Source: Candidatus Iainarchaeum sp.
Lineage (GTDB): Archaea; Iainarchaeota; Iainarchaeia; Iainarchaeales; JAZDEL01
Direction of reading: 5' to 3'
NCBI GenBank assembly: GCA_043808785.1
Contig: JAZDEL010000009.1
Location: forward strand, 1,680-65,679
DNA length: 64,000 nt
The position numbers and the translations under genes were made by a program. Every line of letters starts with the position of its first letter. Position 1 is the stretch's first letter. The notes below the pieces were generated by a model, which was given only the letters and a program-made list of their open reading frames with translations, was not told the origin of the DNA and did not search any database. This document shows, piece after piece, positions 1 to 9,024 of the stretch.

Positions 1-1820
1 TGCGACTGGAGTTTTTTCACATAACCGGCCTTGTCCCCCGGAAGCACCTCCGCGAAAACGTTTTTTATGCCGAGCTGTTTCGCAATCGCATTTGCGGCGC
101 GTTCATTGTCGCCAGTAATCATCCAAACATCCATTCCGCGCGCGGCGAGCTTTGAAACCGCTTCCCTGCTTGTTGCGCGGATTGTGTCCGCAACCGCAAC
201 CCCTCCCAAAACCTTCCCCGCGGAAAGGAGAAGCATTACGGTTTTCCCCTCCTCCTGAAGTTTTGAGATTTCCGCGTCCAAGCCCGCGGCAAATTTGGTT
301 CCGGTTTTTGCGTGGTTCACGCTCCCGAGGAAGTATTCCTTCCCCGCGATTTTTCCTTTTATGCCCCTGCCGGGAACGGCGGCAAACCCGGCAACTTTTT
401 CGGGTTTTATTTTTTTGTTTTCCGCGCCTGAAATTATCGCCGCGGCAAGCGGGTGCTCGGAACCCTTCTCGAGGGAGGCGGAAATTGCGAGAACCTTGCG
501 TTCATCCGCTGCCGAACCCTGCGCTGCAAAGGTGTCGGTGAGTTTTGGCTTACCCTCCGTGAGCGTGCCTGTCTTGTCGAACACAATGGCATTAACCCTG
601 TGGCTTGTTTCAAGCGCCTCCGCGCCTTTTATCAGAATTCCCTTCTCCGCGCCCCTGCCTGTGCCGACCATAATTGCAGTGGGCGTTGCCAAGCCAAGCG
701 CGCAGGGGCAGGCAATAACAAGAACCGAGACCGCGGCAACTAACGCAAAGGGCAGCCCTTCCGCAAAAACAAAAAACCACGCGCAAAATGTTAGCAGTGC
801 AATAACAACAATCGCGGGCACGAATATGGCACTCACCTTATCCGCGAACCTCTGTATTTCCGCTTTTGACCCCTGCGCGTCCTCCACAAGTTTTATTATC
901 TGCGCAAGAACCGTGCCCGCACCGACCTTCGTTGCCCTGAATTTAAGCAGGCCGTGCCCGTTAATGGTGCCCGCGAAAACCTTGCTCCCTTTGCCCTTTT
1001 CCACGGGTATGCTTTCCCCTGTAAGCATGCTTTCATTTACCGAACTGCCCCCGAAAACAACAATCCCGTCCGTGGGAATTCCGGCACCGGGTTTGACGAT
1101 TACAATATCCCCTTCCTTAATTTCAGCAGCAGGAATTTCAATTTCCCTGCCCCCCCTTTCAACAATAGCGGTTTTAGGCGAAAGGTCCATTAACTTCCTT
1201 ATCGCCTCGCTTGTCCTGCCCTTTGCAACCGCCTCCAAATATTTGCCGACAAGCACGAGGGTTATGAGCAGTGCAGCGGTTTCGAAATACTGCTCCATAA
1301 CAATGCCGAGGAGCGCGGCAATGCTGTAAAAATACGCGGCGCTTGTTCCGAGCGCGATAAGCGTGTCCATCGAGGCGCTTTTGTTCCTCAGCGCTGCAAT
1401 TGCGCCGCGGTAGAACCTTGCCCCCGCAATGAACTGAACGGGAGTTGCGAGCGCAAACAGAATCCAGATGCGGTAAGGCAAATCCATGAGGAACATGCCG
1501 ATTATGAAAACTGGAACGGAAAGGAAAATGCCCAGCAAAAGGTCGCCTTTGAGTTCCTTTATCTCCTGCGCGCGCAGTTTCTTCTCGCGCTCCAAATCCA
1601 TGCCTGCCTCCGCCTTGTAGCCCGCGGCCTTTATAGTGCCTATTATGTGCTCAATGCTTGTCTCTTTCTCATCAAACTCGATGCGCGCCTTTCCCGCCGC
1701 GAAGTTAACGTTCGCGGATTTCACGCCCTTCATGTCAGCAAGGCGCCTTGTAATCAGCGCGGAGCACGAGGCGCAGTGCATGCCCTCCACAATAATGGTT
1801 TCGATTTTCACAGTAATCAC
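1..1820 (-). CDS. copA: Copper/heavy-metal translocating P-type ATPase, N-terminal ~600 aa; the C-terminus lies beyond the window start
   Basis: Reverse-strand translation gives an N-terminal HMA domain (V/M-KIETIIVEGMHCASCSALI), several TM helices and the phosphorylation motif FDKTGTLT (rc of ~540-590). Downstream it reads ...GDNERAANAIAKQLGI...PGDKAGYV. A GTG start at 1811/1820 is preceded by a GGGGG run. It is absent from the ORF track because the stop lies outside the window. Confidence 0.8.
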   Translation of the reverse strand, partial: MITVKIETIIVEGMHCASCSALITRRLADMKGVKSANVNFAAGKARIEFDEKETSIEHIIGTIKAAGYKAEAGMDLEREKKLRAQEIKELKGDLLLGIFLSVPVFIIGMFLMDLPYRIWILFALATPVQFIAGARFYRGAIAALRNKSASMDTLIALGTSAAYFYSIAALLGIVMEQYFETAALLITLVLVGKYLEAVAKGRTSEAIRKLMDLSPKTAIVERGGREIEIPAAEIKEGDIVIVKPGAGIPTDGIVVFGGSSVNESMLTGESIPVEKGKGSKVFAGTINGHGLLKFRATKVGAGTVLAQIIKLVEDAQGSKAEIQRFADKVSAIFVPAIVVIALLTFCAWFFVFAEGLPFALVAAVSVLVIACPCALGLATPTAIMVGTGRGAEKGILIKGAEALETSHRVNAIVFDKTGTLTEGKPKLTDTFAAQGSAADERKVLAISASLEKGSEHPLAAAIISGAENKKIKPEKVAGFAAVPGRGIKGKIAGKEYFLGSVNHAKTGTKFAAGLDAEISKLQEEGKTVMLLLSAGKVLGGVAVADTIRATSREAVSKLAARGMDVWMITGDNERAANAIAKQLGIKNVFAEVLPGDKAGYVKKLQS

Positions 1821-1890
1821 CTGCCCCCTTCTTTATTTCTTCTTTTGCATTTAGGAGGGGTGCGGGCGGAAACCCGCCCGCGAAAAAACG

Positions 1891-2934
1891 CTAGCCTCCG
1901 CAGCCGCAGGAAGCGCCGCAGCCTCCCGAGGAGCCCCCGCAACTTCCGCCTGCGGAGCCGCCGGAAGCGGCTGGCGGCGAACCATTATTCGCCGTCCCGC
2001 CGATTCCCGAAAGGCCTGCAGTTGCCGTTGCGGAACCGCCAGAACTCGGCCCGCTTACCACGGTTGCCGCGTATGTCTTGAACACTTCGAGCGCGAGTAT
2101 CTCGCTCTTTGAAGTCTGCTTAGGGTCGAACGCAACGTCGAAGTAATTCGGCGATTCGAACTTAACCCCCGCAACTCCTGGAATTGTTTTCAGGTCACCT
2201 GTGATTAAGGAGGCGTGCCCCGAGCAGGGTATGTTTACCTGCAGTTTCATTATCGAGTATTGTGCATTTTCCCCCGCGGTTTCCGCGGCAACGTTTCCCG
2301 AACCCGCAAGCGCAACCGCCCCTGTGGGGGTTGCGAACACGCCGGTGTCAAGGTTTGCCAGCATCGGGAACGCGAAAACGAACAGCAGGAGATTGACGCC
2401 CATTGTCGAGCCATACATTGTCGCGAGATAGCCTTTCTTCCTGCTCACGCCGTTCCAGGAAAGCATGCCCTGCTTCCTTAGGTAAAGCGCGGATGAAACA
2501 GTTGCGAAAACGAGGGACAGGGCAATAAGCGCATAGAAGAACCATGCGTTCATCAGCAGCGGCCTGAACAATTGAACCGCAACAGTCACGCCCAGCACCG
2601 AGGCGGCGATGAAACCTATGCACCCGATATGCGGGGTTAACCCGTAAATCAACCCCTCCTTAAGCGAGGTTTGTGCGGTTGTTTTTGCCTCCGTTTTCGC
2701 TTCATGGGCCTGTGAGGGAGCAATCCCTCCCTCGACCCTGTAGCCCATCTTTGTTATTTCATTCTCTATGTCGCCTCTAGTTGCCTTGCCCGCGTCGAAA
2801 AGCACCTTGACATTCTCGTCCGCATAGCTTGCCTTAACTTCGGCAACGCCGTGCATCCTCGAAACCCTGTCCTTTATCAGTTCCGCGCAGCTGTTGCAGT
2901 GCATCCCTTTTACCTTAAGTTCCGCGTTTTCCAT
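1891..2934 (-). CDS. Membrane protein with an N-terminal HMA domain (GMHCNSC), a polytopic TM core, a second HMA-like domain (IPCSGHASL) and a Cys-rich C-terminal tail (CGGSSGGCGASCGCGG); putative metal-handling partner of CopA
   Basis: 347-aa ORF. It has the ferredoxin-like MxCxxC metal-binding motif, at least 5 hydrophobic helices and a Cys/Gly/Ser tail. It lies immediately upstream of copA on the same strand. Confidence 0.6.
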   Translation of the reverse strand: MENAELKVKGMHCNSCAELIKDRVSRMHGVAEVKASYADENVKVLFDAGKATRGDIENEITKMGYRVEGGIAPSQAHEAKTEAKTTAQTSLKEGLIYGLTPHIGCIGFIAASVLGVTVAVQLFRPLLMNAWFFYALIALSLVFATVSSALYLRKQGMLSWNGVSRKKGYLATMYGSTMGVNLLLFVFAFPMLANLDTGVFATPTGAVALAGSGNVAAETAGENAQYSIMKLQVNIPCSGHASLITGDLKTIPGVAGVKFESPNYFDVAFDPKQTSKSEILALEVFKTYAATVVSGPSSGGSATATAGLSGIGGTANNGSPPAASGGSAGGSCGGSSGGCGASCGCGG

Positions 2935-3192
2935 TTATACCACCGCCCTTTGTTTCCCCGATTCCGCAATTTTCCACTTGAACCACTCTCCCGCGGCGCA
3001 GGCGCCGTAAAGGTTCCGCGGTTTTCCCGCGCATAACCTGTACCTTATGCGCCTGATACCATACATATGGTTTGCTGAAACCGTGGGAAAACGGGGAAAA
3101 TTCGTGCAGTTTGCCGAAACCACTGAAAAATCAGGAAAAACGCCGTTAATGCGGGCTCGGCTTAAAATAACTTGTGTCCAGCGTTATTTCAG

Positions 3193-3705
3193 ATGGAACT
3201 CAAAATAGACCTTTCAAACAGGCGCGCGATTGCGGGAATAGTTGTCCTGCTCTGCGTTATGGCGCTTGTGCTTTACCTCCCGCCATTGCTGAACGAAACA
3301 AATCCCGGCGTGTGTTATGTGGGGGGCGTTTGCCAGCACGAGAAGCGCATAGAGGTGCTGAACCAGCTCGTGCCGTTCTTCATCCTCGGCGGCGTGGCGA
3401 TAGGCGCGCTTGTGTTCTTTTTCATGACCTCCAAGCTCGAGGACAAGGGGAAGGAACTGAAAAAGGTCACTTCCGCGCTTGTGCAGTTCCTCGGAAAGGA
3501 CGAGAAGGCAGTGGTGCAAAAAATTCTTGAAAATGGCGGAAAGGTTTACCAGTCCGAGGTTTCGCGCATCGAAACCGTGGGCAAGCTGAAAAGCCACCGC
3601 ATACTCCAGCGCCTTGCGGACCGCGGGGTAATTGAAATAGAAAAGCACGGGAAGACGAACATAATAAAGCTCGCGCCCGCGGTGCGCGAGGTTCTTGTGA
3701 AATAG
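3193..3705 (+). CDS. Membrane-anchored winged-helix (TrmB/MarR-like) DNA-binding protein; possible regulator of the adjacent metal cassette
   Basis: ATG at 3193 (MELKIDLS...). Two predicted TM helices in the N-terminal half. A C-terminal wHTH-like segment (EVSRIETVGKLKSHRILQRLADRGVIEIEKHGKTNIIKL). Confidence 0.5.
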   Translation: MELKIDLSNRRAIAGIVVLLCVMALVLYLPPLLNETNPGVCYVGGVCQHEKRIEVLNQLVPFFILGGVAIGALVFFFMTSKLEDKGKELKKVTSALVQFLGKDEKAVVQKILENGGKVYQSEVSRIETVGKLKSHRILQRLADRGVIEIEKHGKTNIIKLAPAVREVLVK

Positions 3706-3812
3706 GCGCGCGGATTCGTGCGGAATAGGCGCATACGGTAGCGTGCGAAGCGCATGCGAAATTGCCGCGCAGGCGGCGTGTGCGGGTTTCCCGCGATAAG
3801 CACACTTGCACC

Positions 3813-4817
3813 TTATTTTCCGTAAATCTTTTTAATCGCTTCCCCGAGGTATTCGGGCTGCGCTATGAAAACGTCCCTCTTCATGTAGCCGTGCCTCGTG
3901 AGGACGAGGCCCGTGTTTATGAGCCCCCTGTATATTTTTTTGCCGTATCCCAGTCCGCCCGCGAGCTTCTGCGCTTTCGCCCCGTGCGCCCCTTCGGAGC
4001 CTATGCGCAGGAGGATTTCCGCAAGGTCCGATGTTGCGCCCTCCCCGAACCTGCCGAGCCCGGCATCGAGCGCCATCCTGAAAACCCTGAGCGTGTAGCT
4101 GCCCTCTATTGCAAACCCGCGCACCTGCTTCTCCGTGATTCGCTTTTTCTCCAGAAGGCCGTTCAGGAAGTCGGCAGCCCCGGGCGGGTTCTCCGCCCTT
4201 ATTTTGTCCATCGCCTGCTTAAGGGGGGACACTTCCTCCTTTTTTGCGGGCGCTTCTTTGGTTTCGGCATCCCGCCTGTTGCCGGTTTCCTTTTTCCCCT
4301 TCTTTTTCGGCTTTGCTGTGCGCCCCATCCTTGTTTCCGCGGGAAACCCGCGCAGTGACGCCTTCATGACTCTTGTGTCCCGCCGCCGCAGTTTTTTCAG
4401 GTAAATTTTTTCATAGAGCCTCCATTCGGGGTTGCCCGCAACGTCGAAACGCACGTAGCGGGATGAAAATGTTTCCTTGATTAGGCGCTTGGAAACAGGC
4501 AGGTGCCTCATGCGCAGGTAATTTTCAAAGTGCTTGGGGAGTTCCGATTTCGCAATCGCCGCGAGCCTTGACGAGATTTTTGCGAACATCCCGCGCCCGG
4601 CAGCGGAATAGTTCCTGCTTTTCGCGCGGAAGTGCGCCTCCACAGCGGCATCGCCCATCGGCTTGCCTCCGCTGCTGCTCTGCAGGTTTGCCCCGCGCAC
4701 CGCACTCCCGATAAATCTTTTCTTCGCCTCGAGGCGCCCGCGCATAACCCTTGCGAAATCGTTCGGAAACTTCGCCCTTCTCCCGAGGGGCTTCTTTGCC
4801 GCAATTGGCGCCGCCAT
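3813..4817 (-). CDS. Hypothetical basic protein with a central Lys/Glu-rich linker
   Basis: Long minus-strand ORF. The internal ATG at 4817 (MAAPIAAKK...) has a TTTTTATT TATA-like element about 25 nt upstream, so a leaderless start is likely. No recognisable domain. Plus-strand ORFs overlapping this span look antisense. Confidence 0.45.
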   Translation of the reverse strand: MAAPIAAKKPLGRRAKFPNDFARVMRGRLEAKKRFIGSAVRGANLQSSSGGKPMGDAAVEAHFRAKSRNYSAAGRGMFAKISSRLAAIAKSELPKHFENYLRMRHLPVSKRLIKETFSSRYVRFDVAGNPEWRLYEKIYLKKLRRRDTRVMKASLRGFPAETRMGRTAKPKKKGKKETGNRRDAETKEAPAKKEEVSPLKQAMDKIRAENPPGAADFLNGLLEKKRITEKQVRGFAIEGSYTLRVFRMALDAGLGRFGEGATSDLAEILLRIGSEGAHGAKAQKLAGGLGYGKKIYRGLINTGLVLTRHGYMKRDVFIAQPEYLGEAIKKIYGK

Positions 4818-5120
4818 AGCATGAATACGCCGCGGCTGAATAAAAACATATGCCGAAAATGCGGCGTTCCGCCCCGCCTGGCGGTGCCGGCTTATCTGCG
4901 CGGTTTGCGCAAGAAAACCGAAAACCTGCGGCAGGTTTGCCGCGCGTGCGGAAACCGAAAACAAAAACGCACGCTACCGGGTTTGCCCGGTGCGAACCCC
5001 AAAAACCCGCGCGGGTTTTTGTTTTTTGGGTGCGCGCGAATTTGCATTTTGCCCGCGGGCAGCCTGCGGGAACCAAGCCCGAAAACCGCGCTTGCTTTTT
5101 GTTTGCGCGCGGTTGCGCCT

Positions 5121-5378
5121 TTATTCCCCGCCGAGGTTCCTCGACCTTATGCGCTCGTTCTCTATGTGCCTTATGCGCGACTGAAGCGCGGCAATCTTGC
5201 TTTTCTTGCCGTCAATCTCCTCGTCGAGCGATTCCGCCTCGCCCTCGGTGAACATGTTGCGCTTCCTCTTGAGCGCCATGCGCTTCTCGAGCGCAACCTT
5301 ATCCCTTTCTATGCGGTCTATTGCCGCCTTTATTTCCATTATTTCCGCTTTGTAATCGTCCCTATCCATAATATTCAC
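5121..5378 (-). CDS. Small charged coiled-coil protein (85 aa)
   Basis: Heptad-rich and highly charged (IMEIKAAIDRIERDKVALEKRMALKRKR...). Lies between the hypothetical gene and rnpB. Function unknown. Confidence 0.4.
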   Translation of the reverse strand: MNIMDRDDYKAEIMEIKAAIDRIERDKVALEKRMALKRKRNMFTEGEAESLDEEIDGKKSKIAALQSRIRHIENERIRSRNLGGE

Positions 5379-5525
5379 CCCGTATTATGGGTAAATCAAA
5401 CATTTTAATAATTCTGCAATTCCCGCGCAGGGCGGCGGGAACGCATAAAAACCCTTATAAACCGCCAAATTTGCGGGGTTCGGCGCACCGCCGGGCATTG
5501 CCGAAGGCGCCGGAAAAGCGCCGGC

Positions 5526-5540
5526 AAACCCTTATAAACC
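5526..5540 (+). promoter_or_regulatory. BRE/TATA-like promoter element AAACCCTTATAAACC about 25 nt upstream of the rnpB 5' end; a second identical copy sits at 5447-5462
   Basis: TTATAAA is centred about 26 nt before the predicted P1 5' strand at 5561. An exact 15-nt direct repeat lies 79 nt upstream. Confidence 0.5.
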
Positions 5541-5560
5541 CCCTTAACAGCAATATATAC

Positions 5561-5803
5561 GCAGGGAAGCGGGCAGGCAGCCAACGGTTCTCCGAAAGGA
5601 TTCGAACTGAGGAAAGTCCGCCCATCCATTCCAAAATGACGCGCCCGAGAGGGCGTCCCACGGAACAGAAACGATACCCTTCATTGGGCTGAAACGCGCT
5701 GTGGGTGGTGGTGTCAAAACCACCGGGATGCAAGGCTTCACGCCGCTTAGGCGAATGCTGCCGAAATTACAGAAGGCGGCTTATTGCCCGCAGCCCTGCA
5801 CCT
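5561..5803 (+). ncRNA. rnpB: RNase P RNA, compact (~243 nt)
   Basis: P4 5' strand GAGGAAAGUCCGCCC at ~5607. P4 3' strand/CR-V ACAGAAGGCGGCUUAU at ~5768, with a compensatory CCGCC/GGCGG change relative to the bacterial CCGGG/CCCGG. A 15-bp P1 pairs 5561-5575 with 5785-5799. A TATA element lies upstream. Confidence 0.75.
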
Positions 5804-5805
5804 CA

Positions 5806-5900
5806 ACTTTTAGGAGCGTGAGGCTTCGCCTTGCGCTCAGCCTCACTTCCCAAAAGTTGGCAAAACTTCTGGTATGTGGGCTGCCTTCGGCAGCCCGATA
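5806..5900 (+). ncRNA. Stable-RNA trailer module, copy 1 (directly 3' of rnpB)
   Basis: ACUUUUAGGAGCGUGAGGCU...AGCCUCACUUCCCAAAAG, then a GC hairpin GGGCUGCC-UUCG-GCAGCCC. Homologous to the elements after three tRNAs (see findings). Confidence 0.5.
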
Positions 5901-5979
5901 ATTCGTGCTGCGTTTCGCCACCTTTTTATATATCCTGCGATATTGGTTATTGTGCACGCTTTGTGTTGAGGTGGCTTGA

Positions 5980-6393
5980 ATGGCGGGTTCTGAAAGCATA
6001 GAAATCAGAGACGAATCTAACCACCCTAGTATTGCCGGCAATGAGGGCATACTCGTTGCATGGAAGGGCAGGGGGTATCTGGGCTGCATTAGGTGGAAAG
6101 AAAAGGCAAACTGGAAAGGGGACAAGACCTGGTGGCTTGTGCTGAACGGGGGAAAGGAAGTTTCAACGCAATTGCTAAGGGCGGTTCACGAGCATGCGAA
6201 AGAAAAGGGCATCAAATATATGGCATTTGAATTACCCTGCCCCGAACTGAGGGGGTTCCTCAGGGGGGCGGGAATGAAGGGCGGATCCAAAGAAAGGGTG
6301 CTTTACAAGAAATTCTCGGTTGCGTCTGTGCGTTTTGAGCCCCCCGTGCGGAAAAGTTTATTTAGCGCATTCAAATTCAAAAAGCCAAAGTAA
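5980..6393 (+). CDS. Small GNAT-like acetyltransferase-fold protein (putative)
   Basis: 137 aa. SD-like GAGGTGG before the ATG. The segment LLRAVHEHAKEKGIKYMAFELP resembles the GNAT core. Weak assignment. Confidence 0.4.
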   Translation: MAGSESIEIRDESNHPSIAGNEGILVAWKGRGYLGCIRWKEKANWKGDKTWWLVLNGGKEVSTQLLRAVHEHAKEKGIKYMAFELPCPELRGFLRGAGMKGGSKERVLYKKFSVASVRFEPPVRKSLFSAFKFKKPK

Positions 6394-6432
6394 GGTAACC
6401 ATTATATATCATTTATTGAAATATTAATAGTT

Positions 6433-9024
6433 ATGCAAGCCCTTACGGACAAGCAGGTAAAGGCGAAGTTCAGGCCGAAATTCGTGAAAGAATACAAGAA
6501 GTTTTACCCCGTGCAGGCTCTGCACTCACTGGGCTTCGAGAGGCGCGAGTGCATGAAATGCCAGCGCGAATTCTGGAGCACGGATGCGGAAAGGCAGGCC
6601 TGCGGCGAGCCCGCGTGCGAGGGCGGATTTGGTTTTATCGGGAAGACGCCCGCGAAAAAGAAACTGAATTACATAGAGGCGTGGGAGGAGTTCGCGCGCG
6701 AGTTCAAAAAAATGGGCTACCTTGCAGTGCCGCGCAAGCCAGTGGTTGCGCGCTGGCGCAACGACGTGTACTGGACGGGCGCCTCGGTGTACGGGTTCCA
6801 GCCGTACGTTGTGAGCGGCGAAATAGAGCCGCCGAGCAACGCGGTTATAATTCCACAACTCAGTTTGCGTTTCAATGATGTGGATAACGTTGGCATAACA
6901 GGCTCGCACTACTCATGCTTCGACATGCTCGGCCAGCTGCGCTTCGAAAAGAAGGGGGATTACGCGCCCGGCGATTATTTGAAAGATTACCTCTCATGGC
7001 TCGAGAAAGGGATGGGAATCCCGCGCAACGCGCTCGTTCTGCACGAGGATTCCTGGGCGGGAGGGGGAACATTCGGCCCGAGCATGGAATTCTTCAGCGC
7101 AGGGCTTGAACTCGGCAACCAGGTTTACATGCAGTATTCCGCTAACGCGGACGGCGGTTACAGGGAACTCGACATAAAAGTTTTGGATATGGGGCAGGGG
7201 CATGAGAGAATACCGTGGTTCACGCACGGCAAGAGTACAAGCTACGAAACCACTTTTCCGGACGTCGTGCACTATCTGCGGAAAGTTTCAGACCTGCGCG
7301 CCGACGAGGAACTGTTGCAAAAATTCCTGCCCTATTCCGCGTACCTGAATGTTGACGAGGTTGAAAATATAGCGCGTACATGGGGCTTTGTTGCGGGGAA
7401 AATAGGCATTTCTGTTGAGGAACTGCGCGCGCGGCTTATGCCCATGCGCGACCTTTACGCGATTGCGGAGCATTCAAGGGCGGTTCTTGCCGCGCTGAAC
7501 GACGGCGCGATGTTCAGCAACACGGGGGGAGGGTATAACATACGCACGCTTGCAAGGCGCATGTTCTCCCTTGCTGAGGAGCGGCGCTGGGATGTGGATT
7601 ATTCAAAACTCCTCGAACTGCACGCGCACTTCCTGCGCAACCTTTACCCGGAACTCGAGGAAAACCTGAAGGATGTGAATGAAATGCTCGCCTATGAACT
7701 GCAGAAGCACGGGCAGACGAGGTTCAAATCCAAGCAGGTTATCGAGGGGCTGATTGCGAGGAAGGAAAAAATCACGCCCGCGAAACTCGCGGAACTGTAC
7801 GATTCGCAGGGAATAACGCCCGAACTCCTGCAGGGCTATGCAAAGGGCACGGAACTCGAGGTAAGCGTGCCCGACAATTTCTTCGCGCTTGTTGCGGAAA
7901 GGCACGCGGAAAAAAAGGAAGGTGCCGGCGAAAGTGATTCGGAGGACAAAAACAAAAAAACAAAAAAACCCGAAATCGCGGGCAAGGTTTTGGAGGGTTT
8001 GCCGGAAACCAAAAGGATGTATTACGAGGATGCCTCGCTCCTCGAATTCGATGCTAATGTCCTTTACGCGCAGGGAAATGTTGTTGTTCTGGACCGCTCG
8101 GCATTTTACCCAACTTCGGGGGGGCAGGAGCACGACACGGGGGAAATAATGGGGGAGCGCGTGATTGATGTTGTTGCGCAGGGGGAGATGGTTTTGCACA
8201 TCCTGCAGAACGGCAAAACCAAAATAAAAACGAAACAGCGGGTTAAGTGCGTGGTTGATGCCGCGCGCAGGAGGCAGTTAACACAGCACCACGACGGCAC
8301 GCATGTGCTGAATTATGCCTGCCGCGAGGTTTTGGGCGCGCACTGCTGGCAGCACGGCTCTTATGTTGGCTTGGATAAGGCGAGGTTCGATGTCACGCAT
8401 TACAGGCCGATAGATGATGCCGAGGCAAAAAAAATCGAGGAGGTGTGCAGCCGCATAATAAAGGAGCGCCTGCCGATAAAGCACGAGTTCCTTGCGCGCA
8501 ATTTAGCGGAGGAAAAATACGGCATGCGCATTTACCAGGGAGGATACGTTCCGGGAAAGGTGCTGCGCATCCTCAGCATTGCGGATTTGGATATCGAGGC
8601 ATGCGGCGGCACGCACGCAAAGAACACCGCCGAAATCGGGCAGTTCCGCATTCTCAACACCGCAAAAATCCAGGACGGGGTTATACGCATAACTTTCGTT
8701 TGCGGGAAAGCCGCGGAGAAGAGCGGGAGCGAGGCCGAAGGATTGCTTGCGGAAACCGCCGCAATTTTGGGCATCGAGCCTGCCGCTGTTCCCTCCGCAT
8801 GCGAAAACCTTTTCGCGGCATGGAAAAGGGCGAGGAAACTTGTGAAGGGCAAAAACACGGGAGCGCTTAGGGCGCTCGCGCTTCCGACGCCCGAAAAAAG
8901 GCATGGTTTGGGCACGGCAGAACTGCTGCAGGCAGCCGCGCTCGCTTTCAGCACGCAGCCCGAGCACGTGCCGAAAACCGCAAAAAGGTTTTTGGGCGAC
9001 CTGCGAAAGTGGAAGGCGGGGTGA
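6433..9024 (+). CDS. alaS: Alanyl-tRNA synthetase, archaeal type
   Basis: 863 aa. The N-terminus MQALTDKQVKAKFRPKFVKEYKKFYP...ECMKCQREFWS is typical of archaeal AlaRS. The C-terminal editing/HxxxH region (HDGTHVLNYACREVLG...CGGTHAKNT) is present. A TATA-like ATTATATAT lies 30 nt upstream. Confidence 0.95.
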   Translation: MQALTDKQVKAKFRPKFVKEYKKFYPVQALHSLGFERRECMKCQREFWSTDAERQACGEPACEGGFGFIGKTPAKKKLNYIEAWEEFAREFKKMGYLAVPRKPVVARWRNDVYWTGASVYGFQPYVVSGEIEPPSNAVIIPQLSLRFNDVDNVGITGSHYSCFDMLGQLRFEKKGDYAPGDYLKDYLSWLEKGMGIPRNALVLHEDSWAGGGTFGPSMEFFSAGLELGNQVYMQYSANADGGYRELDIKVLDMGQGHERIPWFTHGKSTSYETTFPDVVHYLRKVSDLRADEELLQKFLPYSAYLNVDEVENIARTWGFVAGKIGISVEELRARLMPMRDLYAIAEHSRAVLAALNDGAMFSNTGGGYNIRTLARRMFSLAEERRWDVDYSKLLELHAHFLRNLYPELEENLKDVNEMLAYELQKHGQTRFKSKQVIEGLIARKEKITPAKLAELYDSQGITPELLQGYAKGTELEVSVPDNFFALVAERHAEKKEGAGESDSEDKNKKTKKPEIAGKVLEGLPETKRMYYEDASLLEFDANVLYAQGNVVVLDRSAFYPTSGGQEHDTGEIMGERVIDVVAQGEMVLHILQNGKTKIKTKQRVKCVVDAARRRQLTQHHDGTHVLNYACREVLGAHCWQHGSYVGLDKARFDVTHYRPIDDAEAKKIEEVCSRIIKERLPIKHEFLARNLAEEKYGMRIYQGGYVPGKVLRILSIADLDIEACGGTHAKNTAEIGQFRILNTAKIQDGVIRITFVCGKAAEKSGSEAEGLLAETAAILGIEPAAVPSACENLFAAWKRARKLVKGKNTGALRALALPTPEKRHGLGTAELLQAAALAFSTQPEHVPKTAKRFLGDLRKWKAG

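Noticed and set aside
295-1329. Plus-strand ORFs (295..1329, 152..541, 453..743 etc.) in the first 1.8 kb
   Set aside because: These are antisense to a clearly recognisable P-type ATPase (DKTGTLT, HMA domain) on the minus strand, with Ala/Pro/Ser-rich spurious translations typical of GC-rich DNA.
3762-5408. Plus-strand ORFs 3762..4358, 4632..5408, 4850..5251
   Set aside because: They overlap the more coherent minus-strand genes (3813..4817 and 5121..5378). Their translations are compositionally biased (R/P/A).
5596-5607. GGATTCGAACTG T-loop-like motif suggesting a tRNA
   Set aside because: It lies inside rnpB (P3 region). No acceptor, D-stem or anticodon-stem pairings can be formed around it.
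5387-5901. ORFs 5387..5692 (+), 5405..5629 (-), 5455..5733 (-), 5701..5901 (+)
   Set aside because: They overlap the RNase P RNA and its trailer module. Their protein sequences are low-complexity Arg/Pro-rich.
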